A stretch of 64,000 nt of DNA from an uncultured Gemmatimonadales bacterium (GCA_963707505.1 CAVPQB010000006.1:512001-576000), one strand, 5' to 3'; shown: positions 9,852 through 20,353, numbered from the stretch's first letter. Numbers and translations are program-made. The notes: generated from the sequence alone by a model not told the origin.

Positions 9852-12449
9852 ATGTCGCTCATCGCCCGGATCACTACCTGTGCGGCCGTACTGGTAGCCG
9901 CCGTTCCAGTCGCAACTTCCGCTGGCGCGCAGGGAGTCGCGTCATCGCAAGGTTATCAGGAACCGCCTGAATCCATCCGTCGCATTCTGGATGCGCCACC
10001 CGCGGCAACGGGGAGTGTCAGTCCCGACGGAAAGTGGATCGTCATCGCGGCGCGAGAGCCGGCCGTCACGACCATTGCGGACATGGCGGAGCCGACGCTG
10101 TATCTCGCCGGTCGGCGTTTTCATCCGGTCGCGAGCTACAGAGTGGATACCGTGGGAATTCGCTCGATGCGGTTGAGGCCGGTTACAGGGAGTGCGGCAA
10201 AACCGGTTCCGGTGCCGCCCGGTGGACGGATCGCGCAGTACTCGTGGAGTCCCGATGGTCACATGATCGCCTACACGACCGTCGACAGGTCACTGGGGAT
10301 GGGCATCAAGCTGTTTCCGGTATCCAGCGCAACAGAGATATCGGTGTCGGCCACGGGTCTGCACGGGAAACTCGGCGCGCCGTCGTGGTCGCACGACGGA
10401 AAGTACGTCGCATTGACGGAAGCAACGCGCAATGGAACTGCGCTCTGGATGGTGAACGTTGCAACGCACACGGCCAAACGCATAACGCCTTACACCATCA
10501 ACACGGTAACTGGTGGATGCGACTGGCTCTCGAAGGCGCCGCAGCTCGTTTGCGTCATGAACGTAGCAGGACGTGGCGCACCACCGCCCGAAGGCCAGAC
10601 GCCAGCCGGGCCGATAGTGCAGGAGTCGTACGGGCGCGCCGCTCCAGTGCGCACTATCGAGTACCTACTCAAGAACCAGCATGACGAAGCGCTGTTCGAT
10701 TACTACTTCACCAATCAGGTCACTATAGTCACGCCGGACGGTGCGAGCAGAAATGTCGGCAACCCGGGAATCCATACCCGCGCCGACGCGTCGCCGGACG
10801 GCAAATGGCTGCTGGTTCGCACGGTGCACCGGCCGTATTCGTATCAGGTCGCGCTTAACGATTTTCCGGAGCGCATCGAGGTGTGGTCGCTGGATGGCAA
10901 GGTTGCACGCACCGTCACCGACCAGCCGCTCACCGACAATGTCTCCAGCGCGCGCGACGCGGTCGCAGCTGGAATACGCGTTGCGTCGTGGCGGCCGGAC
11001 GTGCCTGCTGCGGTGTTCACGGTCGAAGCGCTGGATGGCGGTGATCCGCGAAAGCAGATGGACAAGCACGACCGCGTGAGCCTCGTCCCCGCGCCGTTCA
11101 CGAGTGCGCCACAGCCATTCATGGATCTCGAGATGCGTTATCGCGGGATCACCTGGATGTATCCCGATCTGGCGCTTGTAAACGAAGGAACTTCGCGTAC
11201 GGCGAAGCTGCGCACGTGGGCGGTGAATCCGTCTTCGCCTGCTTCAGCACGCATACTGTTCGACCGGAGCTCGGAGGACCGTTACGGTGATCCGGGACGA
11301 TTTGTAACGGTGTACGACTTCGCGAGCGACCGGATGGTGCCGCTTCGCGCCGCGGATGGGCACACGATGTACCTCACGGGTGATGGTGCGTCGGCTGAGG
11401 GCGACCGCCCATTTCTGGATGCGATCGACATGCAGACTGGCAACAAGCGTCGCATCTGGCAGAACTCAGGCGACCATTACGAATTCGTTGCATCGCTCAC
11501 CGATCCGGCTGCCAGGAGCTTCGTCACAAGGCGCGAGTCACCGACCGAGCCGCCGAATTTCTTCCGGCGTGAGGTGGGAACTGATGCTGCCACGAAGCTC
11601 ACGGAGCTTGCCGATCCGGCACCGGCCTTCGCCGGTGTTACCGGAAAGCTGATCACGTACACACGAGCGGATGGCGTCAAGCTCTCGGCGACGATGTATC
11701 TGCCCGCCGGCTACACGCCATCGCAGGGCCGCCTCCCGTTCTTCTTCTGGGCCTATCCGCGCGAGTTCCTATCGGCGGCTGCTGCTTCGGAAGTGCGCGG
11801 ATCGCCGTACGAATTCAAACGGCCCTCTCTGCCGCGCGACCGCCAGTTGCTGCTGCTCGCCGCGGGTTACGGGGTTCTGGACGGACCCTCGATGCCGATC
11901 GTTGCGAAGAACGGCAAGGAGCCGAACGACAGTTATGTCGAGCAACTCGTGGCGAGTGCGAAGGCTGCGATCGACGCAATAGACTCGCTCGGCGTCGGCG
12001 ATCGCAACCGCGTTGCAGTAGGCGGACACTCGTATGGCGCATTCATGACGGCGAATCTGCTGGCACACTCGACGCTGTTCCGTGCCGGAGTTGCCGAGAG
12101 CGGTGCGTACAACAGAACACTCACTCCGTTCGGATTCCAGGCGGAGCCGCGTACGTTCTGGCAAGCAGAAGACATTTACAGTACGATGTCGCCATTCTAT
12201 TACGCCGACAAGATCAAGACGCCGATTCTGTTGATCCACGGCGTGAATGATGACAACGACGGAACATTCCCGATTCAATCGGAGAGAATGTTCGCCGCGA
12301 TCAAGGGAAATGGTGGCACCGTGCGATACGTGCAGCTGCCACTGGAGCCCCATGGATACACGTCGCGCGAAAGCCTGCGGCATGTGATGTGGGAGACAGT
12401 TACGTGGCTGGACAAGTACGTCAAGAACACGACGGAAAAGACCAACTAG
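9852..12449 (+). CDS. Secreted S9 (prolyl oligopeptidase family) peptidase
   Basis: Signal peptide; GGHSYGAFM nucleophile elbow, HGVNDDN, EPHGY triad residues. Confidence 0.9.
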   Translation: MSLIARITTCAAVLVAAVPVATSAGAQGVASSQGYQEPPESIRRILDAPPAATGSVSPDGKWIVIAAREPAVTTIADMAEPTLYLAGRRFHPVASYRVDTVGIRSMRLRPVTGSAAKPVPVPPGGRIAQYSWSPDGHMIAYTTVDRSLGMGIKLFPVSSATEISVSATGLHGKLGAPSWSHDGKYVALTEATRNGTALWMVNVATHTAKRITPYTINTVTGGCDWLSKAPQLVCVMNVAGRGAPPPEGQTPAGPIVQESYGRAAPVRTIEYLLKNQHDEALFDYYFTNQVTIVTPDGASRNVGNPGIHTRADASPDGKWLLVRTVHRPYSYQVALNDFPERIEVWSLDGKVARTVTDQPLTDNVSSARDAVAAGIRVASWRPDVPAAVFTVEALDGGDPRKQMDKHDRVSLVPAPFTSAPQPFMDLEMRYRGITWMYPDLALVNEGTSRTAKLRTWAVNPSSPASARILFDRSSEDRYGDPGRFVTVYDFASDRMVPLRAADGHTMYLTGDGASAEGDRPFLDAIDMQTGNKRRIWQNSGDHYEFVASLTDPAARSFVTRRESPTEPPNFFRREVGTDAATKLTELADPAPAFAGVTGKLITYTRADGVKLSATMYLPAGYTPSQGRLPFFFWAYPREFLSAAAASEVRGSPYEFKRPSLPRDRQLLLLAAGYGVLDGPSMPIVAKNGKEPNDSYVEQLVASAKAAIDAIDSLGVGDRNRVAVGGHSYGAFMTANLLAHSTLFRAGVAESGAYNRTLTPFGFQAEPRTFWQAEDIYSTMSPFYYADKIKTPILLIHGVNDDNDGTFPIQSERMFAAIKGNGGTVRYVQLPLEPHGYTSRESLRHVMWETVTWLDKYVKNTTEKTN

Positions 12450-12523
12450 CACCAACTCGAGAATGCGCCCGCTGCGATTTCGACTGATATCGCAGCGGGC
12501 GCATTCTTCGTTTCCGGCAGGTG

Positions 12524-12589
12524 TAGGGGTTTCCCCTAGCGCCTTTCCAGTTTCCCCCGACTGAACGGGCGGGCGCTCGCTGATAGGTT
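12524..12589 (+). promoter_or_regulatory. Phased regulator boxes and -10 upstream of the multicopper oxidase
   Basis: TAGGGGTTTCCCCTA (12524-12538), TCCAGTTTCCCCCGA (12546-12560, +22 bp), TAGGTT (12584-12589). Confidence 0.7.
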
Positions 12590-12624
12590 GCGGAAGATCC
12601 TCCACAACCTACGGGACGAATATC

Positions 12625-13734
12625 GTGAGCAGGTCGCCCATCAATATCGAAACCATGGAAAATGCAGTGAATGCCGTTGTATCGCGGCGTGAGTCGCGGC
12701 GTTCATTTCTTCGCAACAGCGCAGTTGCCGCGGTGGCAGGAACGCTGGTGAGCGCGTGCAAGCCCGCTGGTGCATCCGAGCGCTCGCCGGAAGTAGTCGC
12801 AAAAGCGGCAACGGTGGTATCGCCGCCTGTCGCGTTTGGCGCCGACGACGTGAGCGCTGCGTCGATCGCCGCTGCCGACGCGATGGACAAGATGCACGAG
12901 GCCGGCATCAAGGCATTCCCGGCCAGAAGCAAGGGACGCGGTAATCAACTTCTCGCACCACGTATCGAGCGTGGAGTGAAGGTATTCGACCTCACTGCAA
13001 AGAGAATGCAGTGGGAAACTGAGCCGGGGAAGGTTACAGAGGCGTGGGCGTACAACGGAATGGTTCCCGGTCCGATGATGCGCGTTCGCGCGGGAGACCG
13101 CGTTCGGGTCAACATCAAGAACGAATTGCCGGAGTCCACGTCCATCCACTTTCACGGTGTTGAGCTCGCAAATTCCCAGGATGGAGTGCCGTTCATAACG
13201 CAGCCTCCCATCAAGCCGGGCGAGAGTTATACGTATGAGTTCGTTCCGCCGAATCACGGCTCGCACATGTATCACTCGCACCACAACTCCACCAAGCAGG
13301 TCAGTCTCGGTCTGCTCGGCGCATTCATCGTCGAGCCAAAGGACAGTTCGGAAGAGCCGCACGCGGACGTCGATCACGTACTGATTCTGAACGACGGGCT
13401 GAACGGCTTTACCATCAACGGTAAGGGGTTTCCAGCTACCGAGCCGATCGTTGCCAAGCTCGGGCAGACGGTGCGGATCCGTTTCATGAATGAAGGGATG
13501 ATGATCCACCCGATGCACCTGCACGGCATGCACATGACGGTGTTCGCCAAGGACGGGTGGGCTCAGCCGCAGCCATGGAAATGTGATACCCTCAACGTGG
13601 CCCCTGGTGAGCGCTGGGACGTACTGGTGAAGTGCAACAACCCCGGCACCTGGGCGTTCCACTGTCACATTCTGCCGCACGCGGAGTCGGAGCATGGAAT
13701 GTTCGGAATGGTGACGGCGCTGATTGTGAAGTAG
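12625..13734 (+). CDS. Tat-exported two-domain multicopper oxidase (type-1 Cu in domain 2)
   Basis: SRRSFL Tat motif; HFH, YHSH, HPMHLH, HCHILPH..M Cu motifs. Start may be 12655. Confidence 0.85.
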   Translation: MSRSPINIETMENAVNAVVSRRESRRSFLRNSAVAAVAGTLVSACKPAGASERSPEVVAKAATVVSPPVAFGADDVSAASIAAADAMDKMHEAGIKAFPARSKGRGNQLLAPRIERGVKVFDLTAKRMQWETEPGKVTEAWAYNGMVPGPMMRVRAGDRVRVNIKNELPESTSIHFHGVELANSQDGVPFITQPPIKPGESYTYEFVPPNHGSHMYHSHHNSTKQVSLGLLGAFIVEPKDSSEEPHADVDHVLILNDGLNGFTINGKGFPATEPIVAKLGQTVRIRFMNEGMMIHPMHLHGMHMTVFAKDGWAQPQPWKCDTLNVAPGERWDVLVKCNNPGTWAFHCHILPHAESEHGMFGMVTALIVK

Positions 13735-13791
13735 CCAGGGGCAGGCGACGGGCAGGTAGTCATCTTCGTTGGTCATGGTAGCTTTATAGCC

Positions 13792-15390
13792 ATGACCAAC
13801 GAGAGTCAGGCCAGCGCCGACCATACCACCCCGGGCAGTCCGACCGAGTCACCATCGCGGCCGCCATCTGCCGGCATGTACGAAAGGATTCTGGAGGTCG
13901 CGGCGGATGCGATTATCACGATCAACGAGGCACAGGAGATAGTGCATTTCAATCGCGGCGCGGAGCAGATTTTCGGATACCGGAAGGACGAAGTACTGGG
14001 GACAAACCTGAACAATCTGTTGCCGCCGCAGTTCCGCGCGAGCCACGCCGCATATGTCGTCGCGTTTGGCGATTCCACTGAGACGGCCCGGCTCATGGGT
14101 CATCGGCGTGAAGTGTTCGGACTCAGGAAGGATGGAACGGAGTTTCCAGCCGAAGCCTCGATCCTGAAGCTGGATGCGCCGGATGGCCGCCGGCTGTATA
14201 CCGCTCTGGTACGCGATGTGACCGATCGCAAGCGAATGGAAGCGCACCAGCGGTTTCTCGCGGAGGTCGGAATCGCACTCAGTCGCTCACTCGACTACGA
14301 AGCGACGATTGCGTCGGTGGCGCGCCTTCCCGTGCCGACGCTTGCAGATGCCTGTGTTATCGAAGTGATCGACGAGTTGGGGGAGATTCATCGGGCGACG
14401 TACGGCAGCGCCGAACTGTTGAGCGGAGCTGCATCTTCCGATGCAAAGAGGCAGGAATTACCCCTTACCGCGCGCGGCCAGCCGGTGGGCGTGTTGACGC
14501 TACTACACGCCGGCTCGTCACGCGGCAACGACCGGGGCGATGCGATCATCGCAGGCAATTTTGCCGCGCGTGCAGCGCTCGCGATCGACAACGCACGCCT
14601 CTATCAGCACGCGCAACGCGCGACCGCCGCGAGAGACGAGATACTGGGAGTCGTATCACACGACCTCAGGAATCCACTGAGTGCGATAGCGATGTGTTCG
14701 CGGGTGCTCGTGGACACACCCCCTGCCGATGCTGGCGCGCGGCGCGACCTGGCGAAGACCATACACGAATCGACAACGTGGATGTCGCGCATGATTCAGG
14801 ATCTGCTCGACGTTTCTGCGATTGAAGCGGGAGTACTATCCGTAATCTGCGATAGCGAGGATATCGGCCAGATCGTGACACGGGCAGCTGGACTCTTCAC
14901 GCGGAGAGCGGCCGATAACGGTGTCGCCCTCGTAGTCGCAGTGGAGGAACCGCTGGCGCGCGTGTCCGCAGACGCCGAGCGAATGGCACAGGCCATAGCA
15001 AACCTCATAGGGAACGCGGTGAAGTTCACCCCTTCAGGCGGCCGCGTCTCGATCGATGCGCGCACGCGTGGCGGAGTCGTCGAGGTTTCCGTGGCGGACA
15101 CAGGACGCGGGATCGCCGAAGCGGATATTCCATTCATTTTCGATCGATTCTGGCATACACGCGTGTCTGCAGCCGGAACAGGCTTGGGACTGGCGATAGC
15201 GAAGGGAATCGTCGAAGCACATGGTGGAACCATTGCGGTTGGCAGCAAGATCGGAGAAGGAAGTCGTTTCACCATCAGCCTGCCGCGCGAGGGTGCGTCG
15301 GCTGACCGAAACGAAAGTCGGGGACGTTCAAAAGCAAACCCATTGACAGCAGGAGGCGGCGATGACGACCCAGTCAGACTCGGGGCATGA
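13792..15390 (+). CDS. PAS-GAF(short)-HisKA sensor histidine kinase
   Basis: PAS (FNRGAEQIFGY..GLRKDGTEFP), H-box VSHDLRNPL, NLIGNAVKFT, DTGRGI, GTGLGL. Confidence 0.9.
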   Translation: MTNESQASADHTTPGSPTESPSRPPSAGMYERILEVAADAIITINEAQEIVHFNRGAEQIFGYRKDEVLGTNLNNLLPPQFRASHAAYVVAFGDSTETARLMGHRREVFGLRKDGTEFPAEASILKLDAPDGRRLYTALVRDVTDRKRMEAHQRFLAEVGIALSRSLDYEATIASVARLPVPTLADACVIEVIDELGEIHRATYGSAELLSGAASSDAKRQELPLTARGQPVGVLTLLHAGSSRGNDRGDAIIAGNFAARAALAIDNARLYQHAQRATAARDEILGVVSHDLRNPLSAIAMCSRVLVDTPPADAGARRDLAKTIHESTTWMSRMIQDLLDVSAIEAGVLSVICDSEDIGQIVTRAAGLFTRRAADNGVALVVAVEEPLARVSADAERMAQAIANLIGNAVKFTPSGGRVSIDARTRGGVVEVSVADTGRGIAEADIPFIFDRFWHTRVSAAGTGLGLAIAKGIVEAHGGTIAVGSKIGEGSRFTISLPREGASADRNESRGRSKANPLTAGGGDDDPVRLGA

Positions 15391-15847
15391 TGCAGGAGAG
15401 CCGGATGGTGCGAACCCCGTATTCCGCAAGCTCGATCGCGAGGAGATGGAGCAGCTTCTCGCTCGTAACAACGTCGGGCGGATCGCATTCTCACTGCACG
15501 ATCGTGTGGACATAGAACCGATCAACTACGTGTTCGATTCGGGCTGGATATATGGCCGTACGAGTCACGGTACGAAACTCGCCACGATCGCGCACCATCG
15601 CTGGGTTGCGTTCGAGGTGGACGAGGTCCACGGCATGTTCCAGTGGTCAAGTGTGGTGGTCAAGGGTGCATTCTATCTGATAGATGCGGACACATCGATA
15701 CGGCAGGATCCTGCGTTCAATCGCGGCGTCGACCTGCTTCGGGCACTGATACCTCAAACGCTCACGGCCAACGATCCAACTCCGTTCCGCAATTCGGTGT
15801 TTCGCATTCACCTTGACGAGGTCACCGGCCGCGCGGCGAATGGATAA
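15362..15847 (+). CDS. Pyridoxamine 5'-phosphate oxidase-like (split-barrel flavin-binding) protein
   Basis: LLARNNVGRIAF, PINY, GTKL, VAFEVDE, WSSVVVKG. Confidence 0.8.
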   Translation: MTTQSDSGHDAGEPDGANPVFRKLDREEMEQLLARNNVGRIAFSLHDRVDIEPINYVFDSGWIYGRTSHGTKLATIAHHRWVAFEVDEVHGMFQWSSVVVKGAFYLIDADTSIRQDPAFNRGVDLLRALIPQTLTANDPTPFRNSVFRIHLDEVTGRAANG

Positions 15848-15883
15848 CGCTTTGGGATATTGCAGCGAAGTCAGAGTGTCCTA

Positions 15884-17590
15884 GTGCTGGTTCCAAAGCT
15901 CGTCACCACGCTCAAGACGTACGATCGCGATCAGTTCCTTGGTGATCTTACAGCTGGAGTGATCGTTGGGGTCGTTGCACTTCCACTTGCCATAGCATTC
16001 GCAATTGCGAGTGGTGTTCCACCAGGTCGCGGCCTGTGGACGGCGATCGTGGCTGGCTTCATCATCTCTGCACTGGGCGGATCACGCGTTCAGATCGGCG
16101 GGCCGACCGGTGCGTTCGTGGTCATCGTGTACGGCATCGTTCAGAAATACGGTATCGACGGCCTCACCGTGGCAACGCTAATGGCGGGAGCGATACTCGT
16201 CATCATGGGGCTGGCGAAGCTCGGCTCCGCGATCAAGTTCATTCCGCGGCCCGTTGTGACCGGTTTCACCAGCGGAATTGCGGTGATCATCTTCTCCGGA
16301 GAGATAAAGGACTTCTTCGGACTTTCGATGGGCACGGTTCCGTCCGCGTTCATCGCGAAATGGCAGGCGTTCGCTGCGCATGCCGGAGCTATCACGCCAG
16401 CTGCGCTCGGTGTGTCAGTTGCCTCGATGGCCATAATTCTGGTGTGGCCGCGAGTGAACCGGCGCATACCCGGGCCGTTCGTTGCCCTGATAGTGATGAC
16501 GGTGGTTGTGCAGCTGCTGCACCTTCCCGTCGAGACGATTGGCTCGAGATTTGGAACAATCGCCGCGTCTGTGCCGCATCCACAGGTGCCACACCTGTCA
16601 CTGGCTCAGATCTCGGCGCTGGTCGGTCCCGCGTTTACCATCGCATTTCTCGCTGCCGTAGAATCGTTGTTGTCCGCCGTAGTTGCGGACGGAATGATCG
16701 GCAGCAGACATCGGTCGAACATGGAGCTCGTCGCTCAGGGAGTTGCCAATCTTGCGGCGCCGTTGTTCGGAGGTATCCCGGCGACCGGTGCCATCGCGCG
16801 CACGGCGACGAACATCAAGAATGGCGGCCGCACTCCAGTCGCTGGAATGGTGCATGCGCTGACGCTGTTGGTCATCACCGTGTTTGCAGGACAGTGGGCG
16901 GCGCTCATTCCACTCTCGGTACTCGCTGCGATCCTCGTCGTGGTCGCGTACCACATGAGTGAGTGGCGGACGTTTCTCGCGGAGCTGCGGTCACCAAAGA
17001 GCGACGTGGCGGTGCTGTTGACGACCTTCCTGCTGACACTGCTCGTCGATCTGACCGTCGGAATTGGTGTCGGAATGGTACTGGCCGCCTTCCTGTTCAT
17101 TCGCCGGATGGCGGAGGTTACACAGATCAGTTCTGTGGCGGATGAGTCAGATGAAGATGCCCATGGCGGTGATCCATATGAGACGGATCCAAACGCCGCG
17201 CATCGCAGGTCGGTGCCGAAGGGTGTCGAAGTCTTCGAGATCAACGGACCCTTCTTCTTTGGCGCCGCAGAAGCATTCAGGGATACGATTGGACAGGTGG
17301 CTCGCAAGCCGCGCGTTCTCATAATTCGAATGCGCTACGTACCGGCGCTCGATTCCACGGGGATGTACACGCTGAGCGAACTGGCGCGTCGCTCCAGGAA
17401 GGATGGAACGACGGTTCTTCTCTCCGACGTGCACATGCAGCCGATGGTTGCACTCAGCGGATCGCCCGCGCTCGCGGAGATCGGGGCGGAGAATCTGTTC
17501 GATAATCTCGATGCTGCGCTGGTCCGGGCCCGCGAGCTGATCGGTGCTCCAGTGGTGGAGAGTGAGATACCGGTTCGCGGGGAGCGCTAG
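15884..17590 (+). CDS. sulP: SulP/SLC26 anion permease with STAS domain
   Basis: DLTAGVIVGVVALPLAIAFAIASG, GGPTGAF, ESLLSAVVADG, INGPFFFG, LDSTG. Confidence 0.9.
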   Translation: MLVPKLVTTLKTYDRDQFLGDLTAGVIVGVVALPLAIAFAIASGVPPGRGLWTAIVAGFIISALGGSRVQIGGPTGAFVVIVYGIVQKYGIDGLTVATLMAGAILVIMGLAKLGSAIKFIPRPVVTGFTSGIAVIIFSGEIKDFFGLSMGTVPSAFIAKWQAFAAHAGAITPAALGVSVASMAIILVWPRVNRRIPGPFVALIVMTVVVQLLHLPVETIGSRFGTIAASVPHPQVPHLSLAQISALVGPAFTIAFLAAVESLLSAVVADGMIGSRHRSNMELVAQGVANLAAPLFGGIPATGAIARTATNIKNGGRTPVAGMVHALTLLVITVFAGQWAALIPLSVLAAILVVVAYHMSEWRTFLAELRSPKSDVAVLLTTFLLTLLVDLTVGIGVGMVLAAFLFIRRMAEVTQISSVADESDEDAHGGDPYETDPNAAHRRSVPKGVEVFEINGPFFFGAAEAFRDTIGQVARKPRVLIIRMRYVPALDSTGMYTLSELARRSRKDGTTVLLSDVHMQPMVALSGSPALAEIGAENLFDNLDAALVRARELIGAPVVESEIPVRGER

Positions 17591-19542
17591 CCAAGTACCG
17601 TATCGCATGCATGCCGGAGCGCAGTGATGAATCCGGCGACGTGATCCGGTGCAGGTGGAGGCGCGGCGAGAAATGGATCCATCACCGTGGAGCGAAGGAT
17701 GACAAGTCCGTCGCTGCCGGCGCGCTTCCAGTCATCTTCGGTACAGACGCCGAGCTCGTGAAGTAATGCCACGATCGCACCATCGTACATCGGCGTCTGG
17801 AATCGTGTTCGAGATATGATGTATTCCGGTGTTGCACCCGGGGTCTCCAGACTCATCAGCGAGTAGATGCGCTCGTTGAAGGCATTTACCGAGGCGAGAG
17901 TGGTGAGTGACGGATGATGAACCGCGTAGCAGATGATATTGATGTCCGGCTGCGGCAGCAGTACCACTCGGAATGGCGCGAGATCCGCCGTGTACAATGC
18001 GTCGTACAGGCGGCGCGCGCCCGCGGCAGTCTGTTCGATGAGATGACCATAGCCAGTCTCATTCAGCGGAAGGACTTTGTGGCTCAACCACACCGCCGCC
18101 GCGGCTGCGCCGGGCTTCGATCCCTCGAAGATGAAGCGTCCGAGGTAGAGATCTTCGGCAGAGTCGAGGCCGGCCGTCGGCGCGAGATAGGGTGGGTCGG
18201 TGGCGACCAACTCGCGCGCGCGTCGTTCCTTGAGCAGGAATGCTCCTGCAGGGTAAGGTACATAGCCCAATTTGTGAGGATCGATCGTGACGGAGTCAGC
18301 ATCGCGCAGTGCGGTAATCGCGCGAACCCATTGCTCGCTGGGCCAGTCGCAGCCGGACGATGCGCGGATCTCGGCGGCCGAGCGCCGCTCGCCGTCTTTG
18401 CGCCACGTTACTGCTGCTGAATAACCGCCATAGCACGCGTCCGAGTGCACGTGGAATGTGACGCCGAGCTCGGCTTCGGCTCTGGACCGCACTGCGAGAA
18501 CCTCGTCGAGCTGGTCGACAGCGGATTCTTCAGTCGTGCCACAGACGGTTACGCACCCCATGATGGGAACGCGTCGGCTGGTGAGAGAACGGATCTGATC
18601 CCATAGCGCCACAGTATTCAGGCGAAAGTGACCGTCGACTGGAATACGGACGATCTGGTTGGAGCCGATGCCGAGTGCACGAACGATCTTTTCCCAGGAG
18701 TAGTGCGCTGTTGACGTTACGAGGATGACACTTGCAGGCAGAGGATCGCCGTAATCCAGGGCCAGCCGGCGCCCGTAATCCTGATAACCGACCGTGGCAA
18801 GCGAGTGATTTGCAAGTGCTACTGTCACGCGCTCCAGCGAGTCCGATTTCCAGAGTGCGCTCCACAGATCGAGCGCGTCCGGCGTGCGGATGTTCAACAA
18901 CTGTTGCAGAGAGAGTGACTCGAGCGGTACAGTCGCGCCCGTCGGTAACGTGACGGCGAGGTCGACCTGGAGATCGAGTGCGGCTCCAGCGGCTGCGAGC
19001 GGAAGGTAGAACACGTTTCGAGCGATCCAGAGTGCCTCGAAGTTTGCTACCGTTCCACCGGAAGTGAGATGTCCCCAGGAGTTGGTCGGATCGTAGCCGA
19101 TCATGCCGGCCAGCTGCGCCGCGACTTCCAGCTCCAGTCGCGAGGTGACCGGCGAGGCCTCGATCGAAACGTTGTTCGGATTGTACAGCATGGTCGCGAA
19201 GAAACCAACCTGCGCGGCGATCGTCTGCTCCGACAGCATGTGCGCGCGATATCGCCCGCTGAAAAACGGGACTCCTCGTTTAAGCTCTGCAAGGAGTCCC
19301 ATCAGCTCCTGCGTCAGCGTTGATACTGCTTCCTCGTACCCCCGCCTTCGCTTGTCCGTCTCGCGAATCGTGAAGCCATCTTCCGGATGATAATTGCGGC
19401 GCCAGAACACATGATCGCGCAACGCCTCGACGATCAGGCGCTCCAGCAGGTCGGCATTCTCGGCGCGAGGGCCCAGGAACCATGCGCGAAGAGCGTCATG
19501 GGATTCTGATGAATTCGGTGTAGGCGTGTCAGTCGCCGTCAT
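17587..19542 (-). CDS. Group II PLP-dependent decarboxylase, tyrosine-decarboxylase-like
   Basis: AWFLGPRAEN, GHLTSGGTVANFEALW, HSDACYGGY, SVTIDPHK (PLP lysine), EGSKPGA; ATGA overlap with the upstream gene. Confidence 0.85.
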   Translation of the reverse strand: MTATDTPTPNSSESHDALRAWFLGPRAENADLLERLIVEALRDHVFWRRNYHPEDGFTIRETDKRRRGYEEAVSTLTQELMGLLAELKRGVPFFSGRYRAHMLSEQTIAAQVGFFATMLYNPNNVSIEASPVTSRLELEVAAQLAGMIGYDPTNSWGHLTSGGTVANFEALWIARNVFYLPLAAAGAALDLQVDLAVTLPTGATVPLESLSLQQLLNIRTPDALDLWSALWKSDSLERVTVALANHSLATVGYQDYGRRLALDYGDPLPASVILVTSTAHYSWEKIVRALGIGSNQIVRIPVDGHFRLNTVALWDQIRSLTSRRVPIMGCVTVCGTTEESAVDQLDEVLAVRSRAEAELGVTFHVHSDACYGGYSAAVTWRKDGERRSAAEIRASSGCDWPSEQWVRAITALRDADSVTIDPHKLGYVPYPAGAFLLKERRARELVATDPPYLAPTAGLDSAEDLYLGRFIFEGSKPGAAAAAVWLSHKVLPLNETGYGHLIEQTAAGARRLYDALYTADLAPFRVVLLPQPDINIICYAVHHPSLTTLASVNAFNERIYSLMSLETPGATPEYIISRTRFQTPMYDGAIVALLHELGVCTEDDWKRAGSDGLVILRSTVMDPFLAAPPPAPDHVAGFITALRHACDTVLG

Positions 19543-20210
19543 ACGGCTGCAGTGTGAGATACGTACGCCAGCACCGCCCAGTAGTGACAGAAGCTTCCAG
19601 CCATCACGAACAGATGCCATATCTCGTGAAAGCCGAACGTCCGCGGCGCAGGATTGGGCCACTTTGTGGCGTATACGACCGCACCTACGCTGTAGAACAC
19701 GCCGCCCGCGATGATCCAGAGAAAGAACCCCAGCGGAGCAGCGCCAAGCAACGGCTTCGCGACTATCATCGCAGCCCAGCCCATGCCCAGGTACAGCACC
19801 GTCGAGAACCAGCGTGGTGCCTGCATCCACGACAGTTTCTGTACGATTCCCGCCAGAGCCATCATCCACACCGCAATCAGTAGACCGATGCCCAGCCGAC
19901 CTCGGAGCAGTACCAGACACACGGGCGTGTATGTGCCGGCGATCAGTACGTAGATCATCATGTGATCCAGGCGTCGCAGCACTGCCAGGCCGCGCTCCGA
20001 GCAATTGACCGAGTGATAGATCCCGCTGGCGCTGTACAGGAGCACGAGGCTGGTTCCAAATATCGCGAACGCTACTATCTGCCGAGCGCTGTCGTTGGCC
20101 ACGCCATTGAGGAGCAGCACCACCATGCCAACCGCAGCCAGCACTGCGCCAAACAGATGCGTCAACGCATTGACTGGTTCGCGGATCGAAAGCTGATATC
20201 TATTTCGCAC
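19539..20210 (-). CDS. Hemolysin III/PAQR family membrane protein (TrhA-like)
   Basis: EPVNALTH, SGIYH, RRLDHMMIYVLIAGTYTP, HEIWHLFV; GTG start at 20210 inferred. Confidence 0.9.
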   Translation of the reverse strand: MRNRYQLSIREPVNALTHLFGAVLAAVGMVVLLLNGVANDSARQIVAFAIFGTSLVLLYSASGIYHSVNCSERGLAVLRRLDHMMIYVLIAGTYTPVCLVLLRGRLGIGLLIAVWMMALAGIVQKLSWMQAPRWFSTVLYLGMGWAAMIVAKPLLGAAPLGFFLWIIAGGVFYSVGAVVYATKWPNPAPRTFGFHEIWHLFVMAGSFCHYWAVLAYVSHTAAV

Positions 20211-20236
20211 GGGGATGCTCCTGGTATCGATGATGC

Positions 20237-20353
20237 AAGGTAGAAGCCCGGCGTCGCTGGCGGTGTCGGTATTTCCCTGAGATGGCGACGGAAGTTCCCT
20301 TATGAAGAATCCGATGATGCCCGACGGTGGGGTGCCGACCGCGGTCGTAGATT
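20237..20353. promoter_or_regulatory. Divergent promoter with three phased boxes
   Basis: Boxes 20266-20280 TCGGTATTTCCCTGA, 20288-20302, 20310-20324 TCCGATGATGCCCGA; -10 TACCTT (minus, 20242-20237) and TAGATT (plus, 20348-20353). Confidence 0.75.

Noticed and set aside
12625..13734. Second nirK
   Set aside because: Has HxH trinuclear-site motifs and the type-1 Cys in domain 2, unlike NirK.
19543..20004. 805-aa version of the decarboxylase ORF
   Set aside because: The extension overlaps the hemolysin III gene in another frame; the ATGA-coupled start at 19542 fits better.
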